Virus record (IMG/VR): IMGVR_UViG_3300045988_150292
Location: 1 to 64,000 of that record
Length of the DNA: 64,000 nucleotides
Strand: one strand, 5' to 3'
Origin: a virus
Position 1 is the first letter of the stretch. The number at the start of each line of letters is the position of its first letter. The position numbers were made by a program, and so were the translations under genes. A model generated the notes under the pieces. The model made no database searches. It was given only the letters and a program-made list of their open reading frames with translations, and was not told the origin of the DNA. This document shows positions 25,229-37,800 of the stretch, one piece after another.

Positions 25229-28200
25229 TTATTCCACAAAAACTTCCACTCTCTCTCTCGTTCCGTCCACGTCGGTATAGTAGTTATACACGTAGATGGC
25301 GAGCACATTCAGTCCGTTCTTCTTCGTTCCCCAATGCAGTTTCTCGCCCTTTTCGATATACACTCCCGAGGTGATAAGTTGCAAACTGCCGTTCAAATAC
25401 AGCGGTCGGCGGTTAAACCATTTTCCGTCTGCCTGTTGTGCCAGAGCAGGGGTGTTGATGCCGTTGGCAGTGTCTGCTACATAAGCGTTGCTAACCCTCG
25501 CAGCACGATAGTAATAGATGTCGGCAGACTGGTTCATTCTCGATTTCGGCTCGTAGCCTGCTCCTGTAGCGGCGCTTGGCATGAGCTGACTCTTGAACTT
25601 GCTGTCTATGATATTGTCTCCGTCGGAATTGGTGTGATACACATCATCGTCGTATGAGGTCACACCGCCCATCACAATCACATTCGCGAAGAAGGTGCCG
25701 AGTCTTTCTGCCGAATAGGTTGACACACTGGCGGTCTGCAAGCCCTTGTTCTCAAGTCCGCCGGGACCGAGATTGTAAAGAAGGTTGCCGAGGTTGTCGT
25801 AATACGAGAGCACCATCATTCCGCTGTTCGGATCGAGACCGAACTGGATGTTCAGCTGACCCTTGCCGTTGAACACTTCCATGAGTCCGTCCTGTGCTTT
25901 CACGTAGCCCTCGCCTCTGTTCATCGTTGCGAGTATGCCTGCCGTGAGCTGCCCGTCGGCAGTGATTGCCGTGGTGGTCTCGCCCAGCCTGTTCCTCACG
26001 AGGAAATTGTCCGCCGTGGCGATTATCTTCTGTGCCTCGATGTCGATGCCGACGGGCAGAAGCTGACCTGCCGTGAGGGTACGCTCTGTGTATTCCGTGG
26101 CCCTGTAGCTCTTTTCGAGCTTCACTCCTGCCACCCACACTTCGCCGCCGGCAGAGAGCTGCACGGGGACAAGGGTGTCTTTCACGTCTTCCAGCGTGTG
26201 GTACACCGATGGGATGTGTCCTTCGTTGAGCATCACTTTGCCGATGCCGGCGTATTTCTGCGTAAAACGGAATATCACGAGCTGTGAGTTGCCCTTCACA
26301 TTCTTTGCCTGGAAGGTCACTGTGTGGTTTGTGATAGTCTCGTCTGCGGCTATCGTTATGCTGCCGCTGCTGGTCGCCGTGACTGCCTTTCCGTCGAGAT
26401 ACACTTCCGCAAGGGTCGTGTTGGCGAGCAGTAGTGTGAGTCCGAAACTGGTGACGCTGAACTGCAGGGTGTATATCTTGCCGGCAGAGAGAGAGACCGT
26501 CTGCGAAATCTGACCGTAGCCTGTGCTTGTGGGTAAAGCCGTGAGATAAGCCATACCGTTGGCTCTCACCTCCCATGTTCCCATCCTGTTCCATGACGTG
26601 AGCTGTCCTGCCGCGTCGTTGTAGCCGGAGTTCTTTATCATGTTGTAGACGCTGAATGCCGTTGACCATCTTACGATTATCTTCCTCCAGTCTGCCGTGA
26701 GGGTGTTTGCCACTCCTCCTGCCGCACCTGTAGATTCGTGTCCTTGGTTGTCTTCTGTGAGCGCGCAACATGCAGGTCCGAGTATCGTTCCTAAGGTGCC
26801 CGTGCCCTTCACCCACATAGACAGGGTGTAAGCGGATTCTCCGTCCAGTGTCACAGGGCATTGCAGCAGCATGAGCGCCTTGTTCTTCGTATCTTTGTAG
26901 TGGGCTACCGTAGTGTGTCTTCCGTCCACCACGTAAGCGTCGGTGGTGAGCTCCGTTCCCGATGCCTTCACCCATCCTCCTTCATCGAGACAGGGCAGAA
27001 GATTGCCTGTTACGGCAGGGTCTTCTTCGGCTGGGGTCCAGGGTGTCGCCGTGTCTCCTTCTTCTATCTGCATATAGTCGAGACGGAAGAATCCTTTTTC
27101 CTGCGCCCGTCTGTTGCCGTAAACGCTTACTGACTCATTGTGCCAAGCGTAGGCTGCCACATTGTAGTTTCCGCTTTCGGTAATGTCGAAGGTGACGCTC
27201 GCGGTCTGGTCTTCGCCGGTGATTTCCACTGCCTGTACGAATGACCATCCGTCATTGTAGAGGTAGACTCTCAGACTGCCTCCTGTGCTTGTCAGACTGT
27301 TTTCCGCCGTGCCTCTCGTGCTGAGCGTGTAGACAGTCCCTGCTTCAAGTCTCACTGTCCTGCGACACACTTCATAGCCGTTGCTCCTCAGCATCACCTT
27401 GGAGTCGGGGATGAGGTTGCGGTATGTCCTCGCCACGTTATCCACCTTCGCGGAAATTTTGTCGGCTTCTACTTTCAGCTCGGCGATGGTCTTCGACAGT
27501 CCGTCAAGTGCTTTTCCCTGCTCGTCAAGTGCTTTTCCCTGCTCGTCAAGTGCGAACGACAGTTCCTTCGTGCCGTTCTGCGCATAGAAAGCGCCACGGA
27601 TGATGTTGCCGCTCGGGGAGAGTTTCGTCACCTCCTTGCCCGTCAGGGTGTAATCATTGATGCCGGCATACTGGATGAAGCTCGGCGCTCCATCGCCAGT
27701 AGTGTTTATCATCACGGCATTGCCTCTTTCCGTCGCATGTGTCTTGCTTCCCAAGCAGCAGATGTCGTCGCCTGCCGACGGGATGTCACTGCCTGTCATG
27801 CAGTCGGTGCCGCTCAGCACTATCAGGTGGAATTTCCGTCCGGCAAGGATCGTCTTGCCGCTGTTGTCGTTTTCGTAGGTGTTTGGCGATACCCACGTCA
27901 CCTTGCGCCAGTAGTCCTTGTTCTGCACATTCTGGTACACTCCTGTCTTCACGTTGAAGGTCTTGCATCTTGCCAAGTCGCCTTCCTTCCAAAGATTCTC
28001 TGTAGCCTTCTCTCCGTCGTCGGCAAGGATATAGCACCAGTAGTCCCCTTCCACCAGCTCTACGTGATACAGACTGCTTCCTGCCGGGGAGAAAACGAAA
28101 TTACCGCCGACATACGACAGCTTGCGTATCTCAAGTTCATGGAACACCGCCTTGCCCCATACTTCAAGGTCTGTAAGCGAGAGCTTGTATTTTCCGTCAT

Positions 28201-30727
28201 TCCTTTTCTTCAGTCCGTAGCCGCTCTGTTCGTCTGCGTTATAGTCCGTCGATGCTATCTCTCCCAGTGTCGCGTCTCCCGTGCTTGTGATGCCGTATTT
28301 CCCCAGAGTGAGGCTTTTCAGCACCGCCTCTCCCAGCTCGCTGATGGAATACTCGCTGCCAAGCTGGATGCCGCGGAGGAATGTTATCAGTCCTTTGGCT
28401 GTATCTGCCTCCGTCTTCGACAGGAAATGGTTCTTGCCTGCCTGGGCTACCATCTGTTCTATCTGTCTGCTCGTGAAGCTGCCGAGACCCAAGGAACCGC
28501 TGACGATGCTTGATACCTGGTTCTGGATCTTCTTGATGGTGCTGACTTCCTTTTCTTCTTTCAGGGTTATCTCAAAGGTGGGAATCTTGCCGTCCTGCTC
28601 CTTTATCACGAGGTTGTTGATGGTTATCCTCGTGTCAATGGAAAGGTCGTCGTCCCTGAACTGGAGGATGTCGCCTTCTTTCAGTGTCTTGTAGAGGGAA
28701 ATGGTGGTGCCTGTCGTATCGCTTTCGGCAGCATCATCCTGGCGTGCCATGAATATCTCGTCTACTTTCGGGGTGTAGGTCTTGCGGGTGTAGTCATTGT
28801 CGTCAAGCTTGGCGATGGCGTATTTCAGCATCTCTATGGAGGCGTTTTCGATGTATTCTTTCGGCAGGTCGATGCCGGTAAGGACGAAATGGTCGCCTTT
28901 GCTTATAGGGAAATCCTTGTAGGGGAAATAGAGGTTGAGGTCGCTGTCTTTCGCTCTTTCAAGTTTCAGACGCCATCTTCCGTCTTTCTCGTGGTGGATG
29001 GCGGCTACATTGAAACTCCTGCCGCCGCACATACCGTCTTTCATGTTGACCTGGAAATCGCTCTGGGCAAGGAGCTGTAAATCGAAATTTATCTGTGATT
29101 TCAGATAGATGTCGAAATTGGGGATGTCTTTCACGGTGTCCTTGAACACACCGGGGTCGGTAACGCTTTCTTCCGTTCCGGTCTCTATTTCGTCGATGCG
29201 CTGACCGTCCACTTTCATTTCTTCTATCGTGGGATAGATGTCCTTCAAGCCTTCTTTTTCGTTGTCGGTGTCGAAAAACACTGATGACGGACGTATGCCT
29301 ATCTTGTCGCGGTTCTCTGACTCTATGTAGGGCCTGTATTTGTCGGTGGAGAAATAATGTTTGCGGCCGTTGGGATTCACATAGTTCTTTATATCGTCAC
29401 TCTGGGCTTCCCACCACTCCTGGAGGGATTTCTCCGGGAAGCCGGGCAGCATAAGGACATTTACTGACATCCTGTCGGGAACGAGGCTCGTACCGTCGAG
29501 GTTGCCTGACGGGATGTTGGTCTTCACTGTACCTTCGTCAAAATACACGCGCTTGCCAACGCCGCTGCCTCTGATGAAGGCTTCAACATTCGTGGGGTTG
29601 CTGTCGGCGATGGGGTAGTGGGTGGGGTTGGCGGTGTTCCTGGCTTCTACTTGCAACAGGGTGTATTTGGTGCCTTCACTATGGTAATTGCCGTCGAGGT
29701 CATAGTAACTGCGCTCCACGAAGCCTTTTACTGCCTCTCCTGTTGACAGACGGACTTTCACCAGATGGGCATCGTGGCACAGTCCTTCGATGTCGTCTAT
29801 CTTGTTCGTGAAATACTTGTCGTCGTATTCCAGCGCAAGGACGAGCCTCACCCATCTGCTTTCAAGGGAGTATGTCTTGTTCTTGATGATGGCGTAGCTC
29901 AGCGTGCCTATCTCGGCGTAGTAATGGTTGGGGAGGTTCTTGTCTGAACCGTAGGCGCGGAGTCTCGTGATTACGAGCTGACTGCTGTCTGCGGCTTCTT
30001 CTATCTCATACAGGCCCTTGCCCCTGCCATACTCGAAAATGTGGTCGGCCCATATCTCGGCTGGCTCGATGTAGATGTTCCTGCCGCGGACCACGAAATT
30101 CACGTCAAACTGGCTGTTCACGAGACTCAACACGTCCCAACAGCTCTGGCTGCTTACCGAAAGGGAGGTGCTTTCTATTGTCTTGCCTGCTCCTGCGCCT
30201 TTGTAGCGCTCGTCCCACAAAGTGCCGTCGCAGCCGCGGTCGGTGACGCTCTTCACGCGGTCGCGCGTATATACGTGCCACAATCCGTCGCCGAACTGTT
30301 CGTTCAGGTTGGCCTGCAGACGGTCGGCGATGTCGTCGAGACTGCTCACGTAGAACACGAACTTGGGAAGGGCGGTGTAATGGATGTTGTTGTCGTTCAA
30401 CACGATGTCGAGGAACTCTGAACGGGAGAGCTCGTCTACAGGGCTGTTGAAAACTATGTTGCTGTACTTGAAACCGTCGCCTTTCACACCGGACGGGGCG
30501 TTCTTGATCTTGCCGGGGTCGTAGTTTATCTCGAAACGCTCGCCACGGTAGTCCAGATAGTCGCCGATACTGAAAGGGATGGGGCGCTCGTTCTCGATGG
30601 TGACGCTGACATTGCACGCTCCCATCCATTCACCGCTGTATTCAAGGGTGCTGACGGATATTTCCTTGCCGCCGGTGTCTTTCAGCGGGGTGCCGTCTTT
30701 CTTGTATATGGTTATCTTGCTCTTCAT
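25229..30727 (-). CDS. Tal-like tail tip / baseplate hub protein with a long C-terminal extension (1832 aa)
   Basis: The gene follows TMP and Dit. The N-terminal ~350 aa resemble the prophage tail endopeptidase (Tal) domain. The remainder is beta-rich. Confidence 0.6.
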   Translation of the reverse strand: MKSKITIYKKDGTPLKDTGGKEISVSTLEYSGEWMGACNVSVTIENERPIPFSIGDYLDYRGERFEINYDPGKIKNAPSGVKGDGFKYSNIVFNSPVDELSRSEFLDIVLNDNNIHYTALPKFVFYVSSLDDIADRLQANLNEQFGDGLWHVYTRDRVKSVTDRGCDGTLWDERYKGAGAGKTIESTSLSVSSQSCWDVLSLVNSQFDVNFVVRGRNIYIEPAEIWADHIFEYGRGKGLYEIEEAADSSQLVITRLRAYGSDKNLPNHYYAEIGTLSYAIIKNKTYSLESRWVRLVLALEYDDKYFTNKIDDIEGLCHDAHLVKVRLSTGEAVKGFVERSYYDLDGNYHSEGTKYTLLQVEARNTANPTHYPIADSNPTNVEAFIRGSGVGKRVYFDEGTVKTNIPSGNLDGTSLVPDRMSVNVLMLPGFPEKSLQEWWEAQSDDIKNYVNPNGRKHYFSTDKYRPYIESENRDKIGIRPSSVFFDTDNEKEGLKDIYPTIEEMKVDGQRIDEIETGTEESVTDPGVFKDTVKDIPNFDIYLKSQINFDLQLLAQSDFQVNMKDGMCGGRSFNVAAIHHEKDGRWRLKLERAKDSDLNLYFPYKDFPISKGDHFVLTGIDLPKEYIENASIEMLKYAIAKLDDNDYTRKTYTPKVDEIFMARQDDAAESDTTGTTISLYKTLKEGDILQFRDDDLSIDTRITINNLVIKEQDGKIPTFEITLKEEKEVSTIKKIQNQVSSIVSGSLGLGSFTSRQIEQMVAQAGKNHFLSKTEADTAKGLITFLRGIQLGSEYSISELGEAVLKSLTLGKYGITSTGDATLGEIASTDYNADEQSGYGLKKRNDGKYKLSLTDLEVWGKAVFHELEIRKLSYVGGNFVFSPAGSSLYHVELVEGDYWCYILADDGEKATENLWKEGDLARCKTFNVKTGVYQNVQNKDYWRKVTWVSPNTYENDNSGKTILAGRKFHLIVLSGTDCMTGSDIPSAGDDICCLGSKTHATERGNAVMINTTGDGAPSFIQYAGINDYTLTGKEVTKLSPSGNIIRGAFYAQNGTKELSFALDEQGKALDEQGKALDGLSKTIAELKVEADKISAKVDNVARTYRNLIPDSKVMLRSNGYEVCRRTVRLEAGTVYTLSTRGTAENSLTSTGGSLRVYLYNDGWSFVQAVEITGEDQTASVTFDITESGNYNVAAYAWHNESVSVYGNRRAQEKGFFRLDYMQIEEGDTATPWTPAEEDPAVTGNLLPCLDEGGWVKASGTELTTDAYVVDGRHTTVAHYKDTKNKALMLLQCPVTLDGESAYTLSMWVKGTGTLGTILGPACCALTEDNQGHESTGAAGGVANTLTADWRKIIVRWSTAFSVYNMIKNSGYNDAAGQLTSWNRMGTWEVRANGMAYLTALPTSTGYGQISQTVSLSAGKIYTLQFSVTSFGLTLLLANTTLAEVYLDGKAVTATSSGSITIAADETITNHTVTFQAKNVKGNSQLVIFRFTQKYAGIGKVMLNEGHIPSVYHTLEDVKDTLVPVQLSAGGEVWVAGVKLEKSYRATEYTERTLTAGQLLPVGIDIEAQKIIATADNFLVRNRLGETTTAITADGQLTAGILATMNRGEGYVKAQDGLMEVFNGKGQLNIQFGLDPNSGMMVLSYYDNLGNLLYNLGPGGLENKGLQTASVSTYSAERLGTFFANVIVMGGVTSYDDDVYHTNSDGDNIIDSKFKSQLMPSAATGAGYEPKSRMNQSADIYYYRAARVSNAYVADTANGINTPALAQQADGKWFNRRPLYLNGSLQLITSGVYIEKGEKLHWGTKKNGLNVLAIYVYNYYTDVDGTRERVEVFVE
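27503..27553 (-). repeat. 21-nt tandem repeat, 2.4 copies, in-frame
   Basis: GTCAAGTGCTTTTCCCTGCTC x2 plus a partial copy. Encodes (GKALDEQ)2GKALD. Confidence 0.9.
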
Positions 30728-31233
30728 CCCAGTCTGGTTATTATGCCTTTTTTGTTGGTGATGGTGGATATTGATATTGAGGTGACGGGGTCGTCTGCCT
30801 TGAACTCAAACTCGGCGACGAGGATGTCGCCTTCATCGCCGTTCCTCACAAGCTCGGCTTCACCCGGTAGCTTCGTGAGGCGCACATGGCGTCTGCCTAT
30901 GCCTGTATAGTCGCAGTACAGCTTCATGTAAACGCCGCTGCCGTCTGCTCCCGTGAGGTAGTCCACAAATTCCTTGAGCTTGGGGTTGGCGCCGTATTTC
31001 GCACCTTTGTAGCCGAACTTTATCTTTATCGTGTAGGCTTCGAGGCTCAAACGGCCGGGTACATAGGTGTCAAGACCGTCTTCGCCTGCCCAGCTCCTCT
31101 CACTCAGGGCCTTGATGCCGTCGCCGACGCTCATCGGGATGCTCATGCAGTACATGCCGAAAGCGGCGATAGTCTCTTTCAATGGGGCTCCGTCGCCTTC
31201 TTTCTGCATATATACTTTGTAATAATCGGTCAT
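30724..31233 (-). CDS. Distal tail protein (Dit) candidate
   Basis: 169 aa. Lies between the TMP-proximal gene and Tal, with a 4-nt overlap with Tal. Confidence 0.45.
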   Translation of the reverse strand: MTDYYKVYMQKEGDGAPLKETIAAFGMYCMSIPMSVGDGIKALSERSWAGEDGLDTYVPGRLSLEAYTIKIKFGYKGAKYGANPKLKEFVDYLTGADGSGVYMKLYCDYTGIGRRHVRLTKLPGEAELVRNGDEGDILVAEFEFKADDPVTSISISTITNKKGIITRLG

Positions 31234-31298
31234 AACGCAATATTTTACAACAAAGTTAATAATTTATGTATAAATATATAATAAATATCGCATTTTTA

Positions 31299-31814
31299 TT
31301 ACTCTTTCATTCTTTCCCTGACTGTCACTCTGCCTTCACTCGTCAGTCTTCCGCCGTAGTGGTACACGAAACACCTTGCTCTTCCTTCGCAGTGGATGGT
31401 TGCTTCGCTGTCGTCGTAGAGGTTCACTCTTACGTATGACTGGTCGCCTGCGGTTATCCTCACTTTGCTCTTGTGACGCACGTAGATGTTGCTGACGGCG
31501 TAGTCACGGCAGGTTACGGAGGCATCGCAATGGCCGTTGAATATAGCAGTGAAAGGATTGAGGAGACTGGTGCTTTCGTCAACATATACTCCGTGCCGGT
31601 GGATGACGTCGCCGAAGCTCTTTTTCATCACTTCCACACTGGGCCAGTTGTGTTGGATGCAGAAGTCTATGCCTTCAACGAATTTTTCTACCATATCGTC
31701 TTTGTTCGTGCCGTCTTGCCACTCGGCGGTCCATTGGGCGCACAGACCCAATGTGACTGCTTCGTGTTTCATCTTGTCGGAGAGACGGCGCTCCTTGTTG
31801 CTTGTCTTGCTCAT
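31299..31814 (-). CDS. Hypothetical tail-module protein
   Basis: 171-aa ORF immediately downstream of the TMP gene. Confidence 0.45.
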   Translation of the reverse strand: MSKTSNKERRLSDKMKHEAVTLGLCAQWTAEWQDGTNKDDMVEKFVEGIDFCIQHNWPSVEVMKKSFGDVIHRHGVYVDESTSLLNPFTAIFNGHCDASVTCRDYAVSNIYVRHKSKVRITAGDQSYVRVNLYDDSEATIHCEGRARCFVYHYGGRLTSEGRVTVRERMKE

Positions 31815-31817
31815 GTC

Positions 31818-34800
31818 TTATGCTATGTATAGTTTTCTTGTTCCGTTGGTGGTCGAACGCATCCAGTCGTACATCTGGTCGAGCTTGTCGTTACGCGCCT
31901 GCGAAAGGCTTACAAGGGTATTTAGCTGGGTGAGCTGCGACTGGGCGATGACATTGAGGTTAGGGAGAAGCTTCACGGCTTCAACGACAATGGAGAGGTT
32001 GGCGCGGTTCACGCTCACGTCGAGCCTTATGGCGTTGATGTAACTGGCGAGAAGGTCGGCGGTCTCTTCGGTGACTCCCTTGATGGTGTTGCTTGTCGAA
32101 AGACTGCCGTTCTCACTCAGATCGAGACCTTTTTCTTTCAGACTGTCAAGGATGGAGACGATGGAGTCGATGGCATTGCCTTCGGCATCTATCAGACTGT
32201 CGGTGATGGAGAGCACGTCTTCGGCTTCCAGTTTGCCGCCGTTGGCCTTTAGCTTGTTCTCAAGATTGTCAAGGGTCGGCTTCAATGCCACTTCCAGGAT
32301 CTTCTGCGAAAGGATGTTCTTCGTCAGACTGTTCATCAGCTCTTTCACCTTGTCTTCGTAGGCATCAACGGCATCTTCGCCTTTCTGCCAGGCTTCAATA
32401 ATGGCGTCCGTCAACTGGCTCGCCCAGTCTTTGAGGTCAATGCTGTAGATGGTCTTGGCCCACTCCTGTGCAAATTCGGAAATCTGTTGGTTGGCTTCTT
32501 CTATCTGCGCGTCGTAGTCACTGATGGCGTTCTTGTCTTTCTTCTTCTTGTTGTTTTCGGAGTCGCGTTGCTTCTGGAGCTCGTCGCGCTGGACCATAAG
32601 GGAGGCGAGCTGGGCATCGAAATTGCTGTCCTTGTTTTGCAGCGACTTCTCCACCTGCTCTGCGGTCTGTTCGCTGTAACGGCTCTTGTTCTTGTTGGTC
32701 TTCTCCCATTTCTGGGTCTGGAAATTGAATTTGGTGTTCTCTTTCCGGAAGGTTTCAAGAACTTCCGTGAGCTTGTCGCGGGTCTTGTCATTCATAGTGT
32801 ATGAATACACTCCTCCCAGGGCAATCTCGATGGCGTGCTGGAGGTTCTTGGTCAGATTCTCCATCTCTTTCTGACGCTGCTTGCTGGCTTCTATCTCGCG
32901 TTCCAAAGCGGCGTCATGGGCGGCGGCGAAACTGCTGATGATACTGATGGCGGCAGCGGCAGCGGCTCCGTACGGACCGGCTTGCTCCAGACCGAGGTTG
33001 TTCAAGGCTCCGGCTGTACTGCCTGCTGCACTCAAGGCGTCACTGCCACCTTGTATTATACCGCCGGCCACGGTGTCTTCCTTGCCGAAAGCGGCGAAGA
33101 GGTCTACCACGGGCGACATGATGCTTTCCAATGCCTTGAACTTGTTGGCGACGCTCTGGAGGCTCTTGCTGAAATCCGTGTACTTGCCTTGCTGCCCGTT
33201 CTCAAGCTCGCCTTTGGTATACTTGCCTTCCTGCATGCCCATACGTTTGCCCGCTTCGGCACTGACTATATATTTGCCGTCCTTGCCGGGTTCGCTGCGT
33301 TTCAGAAAGTCACCGATAGCATTGCCCTGGCCTATGGTGTTGAACATCACACCGAACGGGCTGCGGTCAATCTGCTCGTTGCGCAGCTTGTCAAGGGCAT
33401 CACGGAGCTGCTTCACCACCTCTACGCTCAGACCGGCTTTCTTCGAGAATTTCTCTATCTCCGTGCACATGGTGTCGATAGTGTTCGATGACACCCTGTC
33501 AAGGTCGTCGAAAATCGTCACCCAGTCGGTGTTGTTCTTGAACTGTTCGAACTCAAGCTTGGCGCGTTTGTCCTGCCATTCCTTGTTCTCGCCTTCCGAA
33601 GCGCGTTTCTTCATTTCGGTGGTGGTGCTGCTTCCCCATATCTTTGTCTGGTTGCTTTCGTGCTCCCTGTCGAGGTCGGCAATCTGCTGATCCAAGGTCC
33701 TGTTGTCCTTGATGAGGTCTGTCATTTTCTTGATGGTGTCGAGGCGCACCTTGTCACTCTCTTTCTTGTAGCGCTGCACCAATACGCTCAACGCTTCGCT
33801 CTTTTCTCCGAAAAGCTTGTTGAAATCGTTGTCAGACAGTGCTGTGACATCTGCGGCTTTAGTTCCCGGATGGCTCTTGTCAAGCTCGTCCTGTATCTGT
33901 TTCATAAGCGACTGCAGGAGGCTCTGGCTTTGTACGGTATTCCCCTGGAAGGCTACTTGCATAGCGCCTTGGCTGTCGCCTGTCAGATCATAGAGCTGCT
34001 TGTATAGGTCGTATTCTTCTGACAGCAGGTCGAGCTTGCGCGACAACTCGCTGTTCACGTCTTCTATTCTCTTCTGCTCTTCTTCACGCTCTTTGGACGA
34101 GATTCCGGCGATGGACTGCTCGACGAACGACTTGCGCTCTTCCGTGTTCTTCGGCAGTCTGCCTACAAGCTGACGGATACTGCCGCCGTAGTCACTGCGG
34201 TCTTTCAGGCCATATCCCTTGATAGGAGCGAAGTTCTTGTCCTTCATCAGCTCCTTGTCGGCATCGGCTCCATACAGCTTTCGGTATTTCTGCAGCTCTG
34301 TGTAGTAGGTCTTATACAGCGACACCTTGTCTTTCAGGGCCTTCAGTACCTTGTCGTCCTTGTTGCCGCCGTCTTTGCCGAAATCTCCGCTTACCTTGTC
34401 CTTGCCGACATCAAGGGAAACGCCTATCTTGGCCGCGGCTTCTTCAAGTAGCTTCATCTTGTAGTAATAGGGCTGCTTCTCCCCGGCTTTCCTGGCCTGG
34501 TTGTTCTCATCACGCCATTCTTTGTATTGCTTGCGGATGGCTTCTCCGTACTCGTGCCAGCCGGAACTCTTGCCCTGGTCTATGTTAAACAGGACATTGG
34601 CCATGTCTCTGTGCTTGTTCTTTAGCAGACCGGCGGCTTCGAGCTTGTCGTATGTCTTTCTGCCTATCGTGCCTTCTCTTAAAGGGTTCGTCCAACCTTT
34701 CGGCTTCTTGGGTTTCGGGGTCTCTGGAACAACCATATCGGCGGCTTCATACCACATTCTTTTCAGTGCCTCGCGTATCTTCGGCGCTGAAATGTTGGCG

Positions 34801-37800
34801 ATTGACAGGAGACTGTCAAACATCGCCTGGAACTTTTTAGGGTTGCGCTGGCAGAAGGTCTTGAACTCACTTTCGGTCATACCAAGGTCTTTGCGCCAGC
34901 TTTCCATTATCTTCGGGAAGTCGTCTTCGGCTATCTCTTTCAGGTCTTTTGACATATTCTTGCCTGCTTTGCCGATGTTCTTGAGGTGCTTGGCGGTTGT
35001 CTCGTCTCCGTTGGCTACTCTCTTGACTATCTCTTCCCAAGCGTCACTGTTGTACTTGGCGAGGTAGGCGATTTTCTCCTCAAGTGACATTACACGTTGT
35101 TCCGGGCTCAAGAAAGCATCGGCGACGCTTTCAAGCTTGCTCCTCGCATCGCTTGACAATATGTCAAGTTGGGCTGAGACTTTCATCAGACTGTTGTTCA
35201 GGTCGTTGCTGTTCTTCTCCAGATCATCATTAAATAGACCGCTGATATAACCGAAAACACCGCCGTGTTCGGAAAGACCTGCAGCGTCGGATATACGGGA
35301 TAGTATATCGTACTGACCAGCCCACGCTCCTCCTCTCTGGCTCTCGAACATGGCATTGGCGGCCATCTGGGTGTACTGCCCTTGGGCTTTGGCATTTTCA
35401 GATGACTCCTTTGTCTTGGAAACCAGAAGGTCGTATTCTTCGTTGATGTCACCACATGCCTCAAGCTGCTCGTTGAGTTCGTCTGTGAAATAGCCTGTCT
35501 GTGTCAGCAGGTCTTTCATATTGTCTATTCCGGCAATCTTGTCGCCTTCACCTGGACTGGCAGGGAGTCCTTTTACATAATCGCTGAGCTGCTTGAAATG
35601 GTCTTCGGCTGACTTGCGCATGTTTTCCATGCTTTGCTCAAGCTTGCTCGTATATTGGTCATAGCCCATCCATATCGCAGCTCCTACGGCGGCTCCTACG
35701 GCGGCTACATTGCCACCTGTGAGAAGGCTTCCCAACTTGCTCGTAGCTTGGTTCCAGGCGAGCTGACTGCGGGCTATAAGACCGCTTTTGAGAATAAGCT
35801 CTGACTGCTTGCTGCTTATCATACCCATCAGCTCAAGCTGCTTGATAAGCTCTGGGGAGATCATGCGCTCTTGGACAAGACGTTGCATCTGCAACATTGA
35901 GAGTTTGCCTTTTATCGCAAGCTCTTCCATCGCATTCCTCTTGTTTATCGTGCCATTCAGGAAACCTGCTCTGGCGACAAGATTCTGTCTTAGCTCTTCC
36001 TGCGTAATCTTTCCTTCTACCAACAGACGTTGCTGTGCTATCGCATAGCGTCTCAATTCGGCTGCCTGTGCCGCTTTCATCGCCGTGAGTTCCTGTGCTA
36101 TACCTGTTCTTGCAGCTACTGCACCTAAACCTTTACGCAGGGCGAACATCGCACCGAATGATACCAAAGCCGGGGAAAGTTTGTCGAGCATAAGGACAAG
36201 ATTGGCGGCTTGTTTGACTATCGAAGTGAATACGCCTCCGATAACGTTGTTGCCTTCGGCAAACTTGCCCAACATGATGTCCCATGCGTCGATAAGCTTG
36301 TTCCACTGGCCTAAAAGGGTATTTGACAACACAAGCTGCATATTATAGAACTTGCCGCCTTCGTCGGTCATGCCCCACAATACTTTCTGCACGTCTTCAA
36401 ATGACACCTGGCGCTGACTGATCATCTTCTTGATGTCACTTTCGGTATAGTCGGTCTTGCCGCTCCTGCCTGTTTCGTTATACATCTCTGCGATGCTCTT
36501 CAACAATGGAAGACCGGCGTAGGCGAACTGGCGTAACTCTTTTCCGTCAAGCCATGAACGGGCTTTTACCTGACCGTAGGCAAGTCCCAAGCGCTCGAAG
36601 CTGACTCCAAGTCCTGACGCGATGTCGGCAAGACGTTTCGTCGTGTCGTAAAGGTCGTTGGCTTCTACGCCGAAGGCGGCAAGCTGCTTGACGTCTCGGT
36701 TCAACTCTCCGAACTTGAAGGGTGACTGCAGGGCAAGCTGCTGGGTCTGGGCGAAGAGTTCGTCTGCCTTGGCTATGTCTCCGATGATGGAACGGAGGGC
36801 TACATGCTGCTGTACAATTTCACCTCCGGTCTGTATTATACTGTCTGCAAACTGCTTCGCGCCGTATATCAGACCGCCCTGCAGGAAGAGGCTCTTCAAA
36901 TCCTGCACTGCGGAGCTCATACCCCCGGCTGACTTCTTCGCCTGCTCGAAGGCGCTTACAAGGTCACTCCTTACACGGGCGGCGGTGGCGGCGACTTCCT
37001 GGCGGTGTCTCTCTTCCAGGGCGATGGCTTGTCTCTTCTCGCTGTTTGCCTTGGCTTGCTCTGAGGACAGGCGCTTCGCTCCTTCGGCGAGGGTGCCGAA
37101 ATAGTTGTAGTTCAAGCTTCCGAGGCTGCTTTGCCAACCGACGCCCTTGTTGCCAAGCATATTGCTGTATTCACGCAATGTGCGCAGGGCGCTTATCATT
37201 GAACGTATCTTGGCATCGGCTTCGGAGGTGTCAAGCCCCAAAGCTTTTCCTGCCTGGCGCTCTCCCCATAATCTGTTCAGAGCGTCTTTCAGTGCTTTGA
37301 TTTTCTGTTGGCTCTTGTCAAGTTCCGCCTGTCGCTGCTTCTCGTTCTTGGCAGCTTCAGCGGCTTCCCTCTTCTCGGCTTCCATCCTCTCAAGAATGGC
37401 GTTCTTCAAGGCGTTAGTTTCCTGCAGACGCCTCTGGGCTTGTTCTTGCGGAGTGGTAGCGTTGGGCTTGTATGTGGCATCGAGTCGGGCGGCAGTCTGC
37501 ATTGACAGTCGCTCGGAGGCGGCGACAAGGCGCTGCATCTGACTTTCCACTTCTGCAAGCTGTGCTTTTGTCTTCACAAGCCATTCGTCGTCTTTAGGGC
37601 CGTGGAAACTGGAAATCTTCTGCTGTAGCCGGTCGTATCTCTCTCCAAGGGCGTCAAAGGCTTTGCCGTAGGCTTTCTGGACTTCATTTATCTGGTCCAT
37701 ATTGCCGGCAAACGGAACGTAATAACGGGTTGGCTCAGAAGCAAAGGATGCCCTGACCGCACGACGTCTATCAAATTCCGTTCCTCCCACCCTGGAGCGA

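Noticed and set aside
25752-26975. A 407-aa minus-strand ORF, and many other 60-270-aa ORFs on both strands, inside the Tal, fibre and TMP genes
   Set aside because: These are out-of-frame or antisense shadows of very long genuine genes. Their translations are Arg/His/Pro/Ser-rich, and they have no independent start context.
21144-30727. A diversity-generating retroelement targeting the fibre or Tal genes
   Set aside because: There is no reverse transcriptase gene in the window. I could not find a template/variable repeat pair.
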